From NCBI RefSeq assembly GCF_000143415.4, contig NW_003314413.1:205210-269209 (forward strand): a stretch of 64,000 nucleotides of DNA, written 5' to 3'. This DNA comes from Selaginella moellendorffii (lineage: Eukaryota > Plantae > Lycopodiophyta). Position numbers and translations under genes: made by a program. Numbering within the stretch: position 1 is the first letter of the stretch; each line of letters starts with the position of its first letter. The notes under the pieces are model-generated. The model was not told the origin of the DNA. It searched no databases and saw only the letters and a list, made by a program, of their open reading frames with translations. This document shows, piece after piece, positions 48,751-62,100 of the stretch.

Positions 48751-51700
48751 ACACTCCCACGTGTCATGTGTTGGCCCTTTTGGGTCCCTCTTTGGAGCCT
48801 CGCCTTTTGTTCGCTTCGTGCTCGTTCCTCGAGCACTTCGTTGGGAGTTCCACTCCCGCTCTTGACTTTTCAAGTCGGAGCTTTTGGTCCAAACGTGTTA
48901 CGCTCGTTTGGCTCTCGCTTCGGCCACTACCATGTGGCGCCCTTCCGGCTCCACTTTGGGGCCTAGGGATTTTGTGTCTCACAACTCCACCACCCATAGA
49001 CGAAGTTCGATGTCCTCATCGAACGGTAAACCATTTTATAAAGTAACACCCTCATGTGTTACCATTTCCATCCTTGGCACCTAGCCAATATTTGTTAATG
49101 GTCTGACATTGAAGGCTCACTATGCCTTCTCCATATTCGTCAATGGTTGGACATTGAAGGCTCACCATGCCTTTTGCATATCCTCTAAGGAGGGTAGTCT
49201 CTCCAACTCAGAGACTGATTGGACCACATATAGTGGTTCTCTCCTTTTATTGGTTTAGTTCTCGCTAAACCTCTTAGAGACCCTTCTCTAAGTCAATCCC
49301 ACTACTCCTTCTCGAGTAGTCTCAATTTCCATCGATATAACCTTTGCACTTTGGAACTTTGAATTTTGACTTCTTGGAGTCAATTTCCTAGGTGTCTCCG
49401 ACACCTTGCCTTGCACCTTTTGTGCAACTCCACTTCCCATCCTAGGAAGTTCTCTACTCGAGGGCACCATCATCCTCTCTTCTATTTCGTGCCAAAGTTC
49501 CAGTTATCATACTTTGTGCTAGGGCTGTTCATGGCCCTATCATTTGGCTACCTTACCGCTCCCTCCCTTGGAGCTTCCACTTTCGCCAAATCGGAGCATT
49601 TCGGAATCCCTCCTTGGAAACACACTTCCTTTCCCGCAACTTGTTAGCGTCCAACACATTAGTGTTCCTCGCCTAACTTTGTCACTTGGATTCCTTCCAA
49701 GGGATTCCACGGCCCTATCTTGGCCACTCATCTTTTGCTCCTATCCGTTGATTGTTGCACCAAGCAACATCGAATCTCTACCTCCCTCCTTGAGGTATTG
49801 TTTCGGTTCCATAGCAAAGACTCTTCTTTGCCAAGTCCGGAGGATGTCCACCCCTAGTACGTCTCTTTAGCATCTTCTGCTATGGGCTCTATCCATGGCC
49901 CAACTTCGTGACCCTCCCATGGGTCTTTTATAGAGACTACTTTCCTCGGACTCACTATGCCATCGCACGGACATAGTTTATTTCCCTTAGGTGCTCTTCC
50001 CACTTGGTCATCACGACCAAGCCACACCACCTTAAACAGTTCAATTTCAACATTTTGAACCAGGAACTTCATTCCTTAGCCAACCAAGGACCTTGTCCTT
50101 ATCTGGCCATAAGATCACCTAGTGATTTCACCTTGGCACCTTAACAGAGTTGCCAAGAGGTACTTGGTCTTCTAGACCTCCAAGTTGTTGACTATAACCC
50201 CGGGGGCATCCCCCACACTTGGCGGTGCACCCAAGCTAGCCCTTACGGCCAAGGGTTCATAGCAACTGAGATTAGGTGTCCCCATCTCACTCACCACGAC
50301 CTTGGTGCCACTTGCACCAAAGTGTTCAAGTTAGATATGCTGAGCTTTCACACTAAGCAATCTAACCGTGCATCATGACTCCGAGGCATCCCTCGCTTGG
50401 CGGTGTGCCCAAACCAGTCTCCCCACTGAGAGTCCATGACCACCGAAATATGAGTGTCCTCATATTCCAAACCATCACCACGCCCTAGTGATTTGGGACT
50501 CGAACCCAAGCACTAGAGGGTCGGGACTCGAACCCAACCTCCGTATATGCATCTACGGACGGCATCACACAAGATGCCTGGCGTGACTCCCCACGCCGGT
50601 GCACCAACTTATTTTTAAAGCGCACTACAGATCACAGCTTAGGAACCTAGTTCCTCCACACTGCCAAGTCCTCTCACTTGACATGTCTGTGATCATGCAT
50701 GGACTCCTCCATGCTCGGCCCCATGGCCCACCCTTTTTGAAGTTATCACCTTCAACTAGGGTATTTGTTCCCCCAACTTGCCAATCTCGCTTGGCAAGTC
50801 CTCCGACCACTGTAACATGGTTCCTGCATAAGCGTGAAAGTCCTTGACCATCGACTTTCGTTCAAAGCCCTCTCCTTGAACACTCGGGAACTACTTCCCT
50901 AACCTTGATAGCCTTGCCTCATGGCAAGCTTCAAGACCACGCTTCTGCTGCGCCACTCTGATTTCGCGCGTTCCATGAACCATTTACACTTGGCCTTTCT
51001 AGGTACTAAGCTACCTAGAATCGTCTTTGGGAACCTTGAAGGAACTCTATCCCTCAGCTTGCTAAGGCCTCCCTTTTTGCAAGCCTTCCAAATGCCATAT
51101 AGTCTAACATGGACAATTCCATATTTTAGACTCTCCATGGCATCACAGTTGCTAGCGGCAACACCCTCGAGCCCCCACTTGATTCTCCACTCCCAGCTGG
51201 CATAACCAACCTTGGTTATGCCTTTTGATTCCTACGGTTCGGTTCTATCCCCTTACTTCTTGCTTTTTGGCTTCACACTTTTCCTTTGGTCATTCTCCTC
51301 CAGACCAGGAGGATAGCTTTGCACTTTCTATCATGCTTTAGCAAGTATTCTTAGGGATGAACCTACTCAATAGCCTAGGGAGTGGTTCCTCAATCCGGAT
51401 ATGCTCACCTTATAATCCCACACACTGGGATTACATTGTTGCTTATGGGCCTTTACATGCCCATCACTAGCCTTGCCAAAATTCCATTTTTGGCTTTGTC
51501 CAACTCGGGTAAACAGTCCTCTCCTGTCTCCGCAACCTTGGACATTTGGATAGCACCTTCTATCCATCATTCGCTAGGGACTTAGTCCCTTGGGCTTTAT
51601 CCATTGCCTTCGCGACGTCAAACACCACCTTCTGGTGTTCTAGAGTGTTCGGGTGTCCCAATGATGGCTTTCTTGACAATGAGTATTTCCTTTTATGACA

Positions 51701-54089
51701 TTGACTTACTATATCGCAACACAAGCAACTTATCCCCCGTAAAGGTATATCCAACTTCCCTATGCTATTAAGAAGTCTTGGGTAGCTACCTTCTACCCGT
51801 TTAACCAGTTATTTTGCACCTCTTGCTTAGTTGCCTCATAGTTGTCAAGTCCTACAACTCATTGCTTGGTGCTTTCACACCTCCATCATTATCTGGGTCA
51901 CCACACTCCAACTGCATGCTCTGCAGTTTAGGCTATGCTATTCCCATTTCCATTGGGATTCCTTTGGCAAGGGGTTCTCATGAACCCACCAACATAACCT
52001 CAAGGTATCACACCTTGGCACATTTGGTGTCTCCACACCATCGGCTCCACGAGCCTACCTCAATGACATTTCCCCTTCGTGTCTAAGTCTTTGCCAAGAC
52101 CAACACCGCTCTTTCTCATGCCAACCATCCGTTAGCACTGCACTATAGAGGTCACACACAACTTTATGTCAAAGTTGTTTTCTTCTGGGAACACCTTTCC
52201 CATAACTTTAGCATGGCACATTTTGCCATCGATGAGATACCCTCTGTTCTCATCCTTGGATCTTATGATCCCCCCCCCCATCCTTTGTGGGGTACAACAC
52301 ACCTCAGTCCAAATGCTTCCATCAGTCCTTTTAGGACCATCCGTTGACTCTATTTGAGTCATCCAGCAGTTTTGGACTTGGTTAATCCACAGACCCGTAA
52401 GGTCCTACTTGTGAGGCACTAGCTCACTGGAATACACTTCTTGCATTCCTGTCCTACTCAAAAGGACTATTTTCACAAGTGTTACTCCGACACTTGATTT
52501 TGTTCTCTGGGGGCAACCTTTGCCCCTTAGGACTACTTGTCCATGTGATGAGAACACCAACTCATCCACTTAATACACCCCCAACTCCTTGGGTTGTTCC
52601 AGCATTTATTAGAGGTAGCCCCGGCTACCATTTCAAGGACTTGAGTCCTCTTCTGTATTTGACCTCCCACGGTCATTACTTCTGGTCTCACATTCATGAG
52701 CACCAACCTCAACTATATGAGGAAAATCTTGTGACTCCTTTATTGCTTTGGAGTCTTTATCTTTCCTGTGATCCCAACTGTAGATGTTTACCACAACTAC
52801 ATTAGCCAGTTTGCTAAGTCAAATGCTCATCTGGATCACATCCTCAACTCTTTGAGGAAAACCATATACTGTTCCCAAGATCCCAAAGTCGTTCCATTAT
52901 TGGCCCTTTTCTATCCACCACCTCGTCTACAAGTTCACACATGAACTGTAATGGAGAGCCATGTCTTCCCGACTTGCTACTCCTCAAGGATAGGCCCACT
53001 CCTCGGACCTTCCGATGCCAACACTAGTGGTGATATACTTGAGCACCAATAAAAGTCGGACTAAGGAACAGCTCCGATACCAAATTGTAAGCGACTAAAT
53101 TTTCCATTCTACTTTAGTCACTTAACCACACCTCTGACCACTTGGAGGAGTCTCATTCACAACCTCCATAAGTCCAATCCAGGACTTGGGACTTGCTAGC
53201 CCTGAGAATGGCATCCATGCCACTCAACATTTGCACTTGGTCCAAGTGCTCCACGTGACCGATCCCATGACCGACACTCAAAGGTACCACCGACATAGCA
53301 GCCCGTTACGCTAAGGCCATGCCCAATCACCTTTGCCACACTGGTAGTCCAATACCATTTGCATCACCGTCTTGGTTCTCCAAGACTAGGCAAACCATCC
53401 GTGAGTGGTCATCTCAGATCCACTCCATAGTATCCTTAGGATGCCCACCGACAAGGGGAATAGCCTTCCCCAATATCCCTCTGTAAGTCCCCACTAAGTC
53501 CCTTTCTGCCCCTAGCTGTGTTTGCCAACACTGCCACTTGATCGAGACCCACAGGCCCGACCACTAAGTCCCACGGTCCTCTGGGACTTCCTCACCACAC
53601 GACTGTGTCCTTGGTCACTACCCCAGAGGACTGCTCCTCTTCCTTTCCACAGTCTGGGCCTTTTGGGCAACATTTCGGGACACCATGGCCTTACGCGAGC
53701 CACCTGGGTACTCTCCTCGCCTTCTGCCCTTAGGTGCTCTAGCCATGGGCTTAGAGCGGGTTCCGTTGAGCCACACCAGGTATCCAAGTAGGTAGTGCCA
53801 CCCACACTTGGACTGGGAGCATCGGCCAGTCGATCTCCCAGGGGAACTAGAGCCGGCTCTTGAACACTTCACCAAGCTACCCCGCTTGTCGGTCCGTGTT
53901 CACTCTAGTCTTGGACTTCCCAGTGGGCAGCTCATCACCCAACACTGGGTCCGGCCTTCCTGGGCCAAACTGGCCTTTCCTGGCCAAACTGGCTCCACTG
54001 CAGTCCTCCCCCCTACTATACTTTTGGAGCTCACCAAACCCCCCAGGGTCTGGGAGACGAACGCTTTGGGCTTTCACCCTCTCAGGCTC

Positions 54090-54188
54090 TGGACTCGGAC
54101 TCGGACTCGGACTCGGACTCGGACTCGGACTCGGACTCGGGCTCGGGCTCGGTCTCGGCCTCGGCCTCGGTCTCGGTCTCGGTCCCGA

Positions 54189-54220
<32 letters not shown>

Positions 54221-54550
54221 CCGGTCTCGGTCTCGACTTCGGACTCCATCTTGGACTCCATCTCGGGTCCATCTCGGACTCCATTTCGGGTCCATCTCGG
54301 GTCCACCTCAGACTCCATCTCGGACTCCATCTCGGGTCCATCTCGGACTCCATCTCGGACTCCATTTCGGGTCTGGCTCTCATCCACCTCGGACTCCACT
54401 TCGGACTCCTTCTCGGACTCCATCTCGGGTCCATCTCGGACTCCACTTCGGACTCCAACTCGGGTCTATCTCGGACTCCACTTCGGACTCCAACTCGGGT
54501 CCATCTCGGACTCCACTTCGGACTCCAACTCGAGTCCATCTCAGACACTC
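54090..54550. repeat. Same satellite in the other LTR, about 90 bp shorter
   Basis: LTR lengths are 1785 and 1692 bp, with the difference in the satellite. Confidence 0.92.
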
Positions 54551-56540
54551 CCACGTGTCATGTGTTGGCCCTTTTGGGTCCCTTTTTGGAGCCTCGCCTT
54601 TTGTTCGCTTCGTACTCGTTCCTCGAGCACTTCGTTGGGAGTTCCACTCCCGCTCTTGACTTTTCAAGTCGGAGCTTTTGGTCCAAACGTGTTACGCTCG
54701 TTTGGCTCTCGCTTCGGCCACTACCATGTGGCGCCCTTCCGGCTCCACTTTGGGGCCTAGGGATTTTGTGTCTCACACTTCAATTGTTCAAAGAGAAGCT
54801 AGAAGCATGTTTTGGCGAGACGGATCGGGTTCGAGCTGCCACCACAAAGATGAGATGTCTCCTCAGGGGTGTTATCCTGCCTCGATTTATACTGCAGAGT
54901 TCCAACTCCTTTCCTTGGACACTCAGTGGGATGAAAGGGCCATGATTGATCAATTTCATTTTAGCCTCAACAATGGTGTCAAGGATTTATTGCTCACCAT
55001 GGAGGATCCCACGGACCTATCGGACGCCATCAACAAAGCCGTTCGATGTGACAATCGTCTCTTTGAACGTCATCAGGAAAGTCGCCGCGCCGCTGTTTTC
55101 CCGTCCCAGACTCAAGAATCCCAACTTGAGTCTTCGGAGCATACTCCTGAACCTACTGCTCCGGTCCTGATGGATATTTCTGGTACTCCCTGACTCATCA
55201 GAGTGAAGTTGCGTCCTGCTGAGAAGCAACGTCGAATATCTCATAATCTTTGCCTCTACTGTGTTGATCCTAATCACAAAGTAGCTGTGTGTCCCAAGAA
55301 GCCTCCCCGACTGCTTGAGTTCACTCTGCCTCAAAGTCCACCTTTGTTGTAGTCGGGAAACAACCCTATCTAAATAGAGTAAGAGCTATCTGTTTGGACT
55401 CCCTGAATAAAAATCACTTTTCTTCTTTATCAAGCTCCTCACCACCTTTCATCAAAGCCACCACCAATTCCCGCAACTTCCGCATCCCATATCTCCTTTC
55501 TTTCACCAAACAATTAGGACTCAAGGCTCTGGCACTACTGGACTTGGGTGCAACTTCCTGCTTTATGGACACGGACTTTGCTGCTCAACATGGCGTTCCT
55601 CTTTCTCCTACCATACGGGATTTGAGGGTTGAAGGCATTGGCGGGCATTTTGTGTCTTTATCTTCTGGACTTAGTGAAACGTTGCCCATTCAAGTACACA
55701 TTGGGTCCACCGTCACTGATATTGCCTTCAACATCATCAACAGCAAGTCCTCCTTTGTGGTGCTTGGCCTTCCTTGGTTCCAATTACACCAGCCTCAGAT
55801 CTGTTGGAAGGAATTACAGCTCGTCTCTCCCACATCACCATCTCCCACGGCTTCCCCTGCTATTCATCGAGTTCAAGTCAAGAAAAGTTCCCTAAACTCA
55901 AATCGGGGTTCTGTTCCTGACTCTACGAAGTTTTCACCCTCTTCTTTTTCCTGTCTTCCATCTTACACTGGACAGTATCCTCGTCTCATCATTCCATTTA
56001 GTCATACACCTCCTCCTATCTCCACAATCACTATGAAAGAACTCCTTCATGAAGAACCTATTTTCCTTTTTGCTTTGCATATTTCTCATGTTAGTCTTAT
56101 TGAGAAGTATCATGATTTTGGGGATGTGTTTGACAAAAAAAAAGCTAGTGTATTGCCTATTCATCGGCCTTATGACTGTCCCATTGATTTATAGGAAGGA
56201 GCGTCACCTCCGTAGGGGCCTATCTATGGGTTATCCCTGTTTGAGTTTAAGGCCCTCAGAGAGTACGTGGATGAGAACCTTGCCTCGGGGTACATTCAGC
56301 ATTTGTAGTCCCTGGCTGGAGCGCTTGTCTTCTTTGTCAAGAAGAAGGATGGGAGTTTGTGGCTAGTCATCGACTACCAAGGTTTGAACAAGGTGATTGT
56401 TCGAAACTGTTATCCACTACCCCTGATCTCGGACCTATTGGAACGCCTCGACGGTACTCGCTTCTTCACCAAGATTGACCTCCATGGAGCATACAACCTG
56501 ATTTGGATCCGGCCTGGTGATGAATGGAAGACTGCATTCC

Positions 56541-58585
56541 GCCAAGGGTCTATAGCAATTGAGACTGAGTGTCCCTATCTCATTTACCACGTCCTTGGTA
56601 CCACTTGCACCAATGTGTTCAAGTTAGATATGCCAAGCCACATTAAACAATCTAACTGTGTATCACGACTTTGGGGCATCCTCTGCTTGGCAGTGTGCCC
56701 AAGCTAGTCTCCTTTCTGAGAGTCCATAACCATTGAAAAATGAGTGTTATATTCCAAACCATCACCATGCCCTAGTGAGTTGGGACTTGAACTCATGCAC
56801 TAGAGGGTTGGGACTCGAACCCAACCTCCATATATACATCTATAAACGGTATCACATAGGATGCCTGGCATGACTCCCCACACCAGTGCACCAATTTATA
56901 CTTAAAGCACACTATAAATCATAGCTTAGAAACCTAGTTCCTCTGCACTACCAAGTCCTCTCATTTGACAAGTCTGTGATTATGCATGAACTCCTCCATG
57001 GGGCTACCCCTTTTGAAGTTAGCACCTTCAACTAAGGGATTTGTTTCCCTGACTTGCCAATCTCACTTAGCAAGTCATCTGACCAACATAACATGGTTTC
57101 ATGCATAAGTATAAAAGTCTTTGACTATCGACTTTTATTCAAAGCCATCCCTTTGAACATTCGGGAATTACTTCCCCAACCTTGATAGCCTTGCTTTATG
57201 GCAAGCTTCAAGACCACGCTTTTGCTATGCCATTCTAATTTCGCGTGTTTTATGAACCATTTACACTTGGTTTTCTAGGTACTAAATTACCTAAAATTGT
57301 CTTTGGGAACCTTGAAAGAACTCTGTCCTTTAGCTTGCGAAGGCCTTTCCTTTCGCAAGCTTTCTAATTGCCATATGGTCTAACATGGACAATTCCATGC
57401 TTTAAACTCTCCATAACATCACGGTTACTAGTAACAATATGCTCAAGCACCCATTTGATTCTCCACTCCCCACTTGCCTAACCACTCTTGGTTATGCCCT
57501 TCAATTCTTATGGTTTGGTTTTATCCCCTTACTACTTGTTTTTGGCCTCACACATTTCTTTCGATTATTCTCCTTCAGACTAGGAGGATAGCTTTGCACT
57601 TTTTACTATGCCTTAGCAAGTATTTATAAGGATGAACTTACCCGATAGCCTAGGGAGTGGTTCCTCAATCTGGGCATGTTCACTTTATACACTGGGATTA
57701 ATATTGCTACTTATGGGCCTCTATATGCTCATCACTAACCTTGCCAAAATCCCATTTTAGGTTTTGTCCAATTTAGGTAGATGGACTTCTCCTGTCTCCA
57801 TAACCTTGGACGTTTGGATAGCACCTCCTATCCATTATTTGTTAAGGACTTAGTCCTTTAGGCTTTGTCTATTGCCCTCACGATACTAAACACCACCTTT
57901 TGGTGTTTTAGAGTGTTTGGATGTCCCAATAATGGCCTTATTTGATAATGAGCATTCCCTATATGATATTAACTTACTATATTGCAACATAAGCAATTTA
58001 TCCTTTATAAGGATATATCTAACTTCCTTATCCCAGAAGTCTTGGGTAGTTACCTTCTACCAATTTAATTAATTATTTTGCACCTTTTGTTTAGTTGTCT
58101 CATAGTTATCAAGTCTTACAACTCATTACTAGTGCTTCCACACCTCCATCATTACTTGAGTCACCACACTCCAATTGCATGCCCTCTAGCTTAGGCTATG
58201 CCATTCCCATTTCCATTAGGATTCCCTTAGCAAGGGGTTCTCATGAACTTGCCAACTTGACTTCAAGGCATCACGTGTTGGCACATTTAGTGTCTTCACA
58301 CTATCGGCTCCACGAGTTTACTTTTATAACATTTCTTACTTGTGTCTAGGTCCTTGCCAAGATCAATACAGTCCTTTCTCATACCAACTATCCGTTAGCA
58401 TTACACTATAGAGTTTACACACATCTTTGTGTCAAAGTTGTTTTCTTCTAGAAACACTTTTCCTGCGACTTTAGTATGGCACATTCTGCCATTAATGAGA
58501 TACCCACTCTTCTCATACTTGGATCTTATGGTCCTCCCCATCCTCTATGGGGCACAACACACCTTAGTCTAAATGCTTTTACTAA
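56541..58585 (-). mobile_element. Older LTR-less fragment of the LARD internal region inserted in the Tcn1-like RT
   Basis: Colinear with 50248-52320, with many transitions. Confidence 0.88.
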
Positions 58586-58599
58586 TCCCTTAGAACTAT

Positions 58600-59192
58600 T
58601 GTTAGGGGAAAGAGGGGTTTCTCCCCCAATGCTCACTCAAACACGAAAAATGCTTCAATGTTCTTTGCCAAATGCCCCCCCCCGCCCCTTGCCCTTGTGG
58701 AGCAAGGGTTTTATACAAGGAAGATAGGGAATATTTTGAGGACCAGAATATTCCCTCTTTCTCTCTCACTCTCTTGGTGGCTACGCCCTAACATGCGACC
58801 ACGATGGATTGCACTGGCTCCAGACGCGCGAGAACCCTCCGAAGAGTGTAGAGTGTACCTCTGCTACTGATGTCAAGTGCTGGTAGCTGTGTGAAATAGT
58901 AGAAACTCTAGAAAACAAAGTGAAAAGAGGTAAGTATGAAGTTTGGAGACAGAAAAAAAAACCCGGTGGGAAACCCTGTAGTTAAATTGGACCTTGAAGT
59001 TGAAGAAAAGTGTAGAAAAAGTGTGAAAAGAGGAGGAAAATAGAGGAAAAAGAGTGAGCACCCAAAGAACTTAACCTGTACTTAGATTTCGGCTCAGGAA
59101 AGTGTAATATGCAAATATAGCCTCTTGATGACTTCCAGTATGCTCCAAGGATTGGCCGAAATCGAGAAAGAAAGAGAGGTAGAAGAGGGGAC
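58600..59192. mobile_element. Unidentified LTR-like insert fragment
   Basis: Begins TGTTAGGGG, appears non-coding, and lies between the LARD fragment and the point where RT resumes (MPFGLTNA at 59193). Confidence 0.4.
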
Positions 59193-62100
59193 ATGCCATT
59201 TGGCTTGACAAATGCTTCAGCAGTTTTCCAACACATGGCAAATGACGTTTTTCAAGAGTTTCTTGATCAAATAGTGATTGTCTATCTCGATGACATCCTC
59301 ATCTACTAAAAAACTCAGGAGGAGCACAACAAGCATGTGCGCAAGATGTTAGCGAAGCTGCGGGAACACAGCCTATACGCGAAGCTTGAGAAATGTTCCT
59401 TTGATCAGGAGTCTGTGGAGTTCCTTGGGTACATTGTTACTCCTGAGGGTATCACAATGGATCCTACCAAAGTCAAGACTCTTCTCGAATGGGAGCCTCC
59501 ACAATCAATGTCGGATATTTAGGTTTTCCTTGGCTTTGCCAACTTCTACCGCAAATTCATTGATCACTACTCTAATATTGTACTTCCTCTCATGCATCTC
59601 ACTCGCAAGGATGTTCCCTTCTCTTGGTCTACTACTGCTCAGTAGGCTTTCAACACACTCAAGGCGGCCTTCAGTTCTGCTCCCGTCTTGATCCACACTG
59701 ATCCCTCACAACCTTTCTTCATCGAGGCTGACACTTCCAACTTTGCCATCGGTGCTGTGCTGTCTCAACTCGAATTAGATCAAGAATTTCATCTGGTCGC
59801 TTTCCATTCTTGGAAATTCCAGCCTACGGAGATCAATTACGAAATCCACAACAAGGAGCTCTTTGCCATCGTGGATTCCTTTGGAGAGTGGCGTCATTTC
59901 TTAGAGGGGGCAGGCCATCAAATAACGGTATGGACGGATCACAAAAATCTTGAGTATTTTGCCACTTCCCGAGTTTTGAGCTATCGTCAAGCAAAGTGGG
60001 CATACTTCCTGAGTCGGTTTGACTTTGTTATCAAGTACAGACCTGGAAAGCTTCAAGGCCTTCCTGATGCTCTTTCAAGGCGCTCCTATCTCAGTCTCAG
60101 CCTAGTAATCCTGCCTTCGATCAACAGGATCAAGTTATCCTCGGTCCTGATCAGCTTCAAGTTATGGCAATTTCCCTGGCCCCTCAGGACTCCTTGATGG
60201 ATGCGATCAGAAACAATCTTCAATCCAATGATCTCGCCAGCGACATTTTCCCCCATCTTCAGGCTAGACACCCAGTGACTCCTTATTGCTGGCGATTTGA
60301 CGAGTTCGAGTTCTTAGATGGCTTGTTGTATCGTGGGGAGCAACTTTACATTCCTGAAGGTGATGTTTGAAGGTTGGACCTGATGGCGTGCCACGATAGC
60401 CCGACTGCTGGTTACTTCGGCATTGCGAAAACCTATGAGCTGGTTGCACAGGACTTTTGGTGGCCTCACATGGACGACTACATCAAAGCCTTTGTTACCT
60501 CTTGTGACACTTCCGCCTGGAATAAGGTACCTCGCCACCTTCCTTCAGGTTTGCTTCGTTCCCTCCCGGTCCCTTCAGATCCTTGGGAATCCATCTCCAT
60601 GGATTTCTTGAGTGATCTTCCAAGTTTTGGAGGCTTCAACAACATTTTAGTCGTGGTGGATCATTTCACAAAGATGGCACACTTCCTGCCGTGTACCAAG
60701 GAGTTTTCGGGCGAGGACATGGCAAAACTGGTATTGAGGGAAATTTTCCGACTTCATGGGATTCCTGCAGATGTGGTTTCGGATCGGGGACCTTAGTTCA
60801 TCTCTTATTTCTGGCAACGGTTTTTGCAGCTGCTTGGCGTGAAGGCTAACCTCTCTTCGGCGTATCATCCTCAAACTGATGGACAGTCTGAGCGAACAAT
60901 TCAGATGTTGGAACAATTCCTGAGGTGCTTCATCAACTATCATCAGAATGACTGGTTCAATATCCTTCCCCTTGTTGAGTTCTCCTATAACAACTCTATT
61001 CACTCCTCTCTTCGAGTTTCCCCCTTCTTTGCGAACTCTGGCCGAAATCCCTGATTCAATCTCTCACTTCCTTCTCCATCTGAATCCTCTTGTTCAAATC
61101 CCCGCTCTGAGGCATTTGTCTCCAACTTCCAGGAAATCCACAACTCCATCTCCTTCCACTTCCATCATGCTCAGGAATCTCACAAAACATTTGCCAATGT
61201 CCATCATCAGGATTGTCCCCCTTACAATATCGGGGATAAAGTCTGGCTCCTTAGGTGAAATATCTCCACCACCAGGCCATATCCCAAACTTGATTTCAAA
61301 CGCCTCAGTCCTTTCTCTATCACTGCCATCATTAATCCTGTCACTTATCGCCTTACACTTCCCTCCTCCTATCAAATTCACCCCGTTTTTCACTCCTCTC
61401 TCCTTGAGCCTTATATTCCCAGTCCTATTCCAAATCAGCACCAGTGCAGCTTGAGGATGGGTCTGAGTATGAGGTTCAGGACATCCTTGATTCCAAGATC
61501 TCACGATCTAAACTCTACTATCTAGTCGATTGGAAGGGGTATAGACTTGAAGAACACACTTGAGAACCTGCAAACAACCTGATTCATTCTCCTGCCTTGT
61601 TCAGGACTTCCTCCGCTACTATCCTTCTCGTCTCAGTCCTCATTCTTTTTCTCCATCCTCGAGCCGTCCTCGATCCAAGAGTGGTGGAGCTTCATCAACC
61701 TATAGTATATATAGGTTAGCCTTCTACCATTTCTCCACAATCTGAATTAACGCCAGTCTAAGGCCTTTTCTTCGTTTTCACTAGCTTTTCTCTTTGTTTT
61801 CTGCATTTGCAGTGGTCAAGGCACTCAAGGAGTAACGACACTACCTTGGGAGGCACTTCAAAATTTACACGGATAATTTAGCAACGAAACACTTCTTATC
61901 ACAACCCAACCTAAGAGGGAAATAAGGTCGGTGGGCCAACACTTTGGCTGAGTTTGATTGCGAGATTCTGTATAAACCTGGGAAGAACAATATTGTGGCA
62001 GATGCTCTAAGTAGAAAAGCAAGCTTGAAGTTAGCGATATCTAGCGTAACAACAACCTTTTAGGATGATATGCGGACAACATATGAGAGCGATGGTCTAG

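Larger units (their letters stand above)
47199..54777 (-). mobile_element. Structurally intact non-autonomous LTR element (LARD-like): LTRs 53086-54777 (5') and 47199-48983 (3'), 4.1-kb internal region without intact ORFs
   Basis: TG..CA ends; TSD CTTCA (47194-47198 and 54778-54782); tRNA-iMet-type PBS TGGTATCGGAGC (about 53071-53082, minus strand); PPT ATGGGTGGTGGAGT (48984-48997); LTRs nearly identical. Confidence 0.95.
46343..61807 (+). mobile_element. Tcn1/sushi-like chromovirus: 5' LTR 46343-46728, gag (split by the LARD), pol with chromodomain, partial 3' LTR 61663-61807
   Basis: TGTCA...TGACA LTR; gag EPKVSFPAKF..FLNQMELIF; CLYC..H...C knuckle; LLDLGAT protease; [62 protein letters not shown]; multiple in-frame stops. 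Confidence 0.92.

Noticed and set aside
47921-49046. Long RS-, GL-, SP- and ES-rich ORFs (also 53808-54945)
   Set aside because: Products of stop-free 6/12-mer satellites inside LTRs, open in several frames on both strands.
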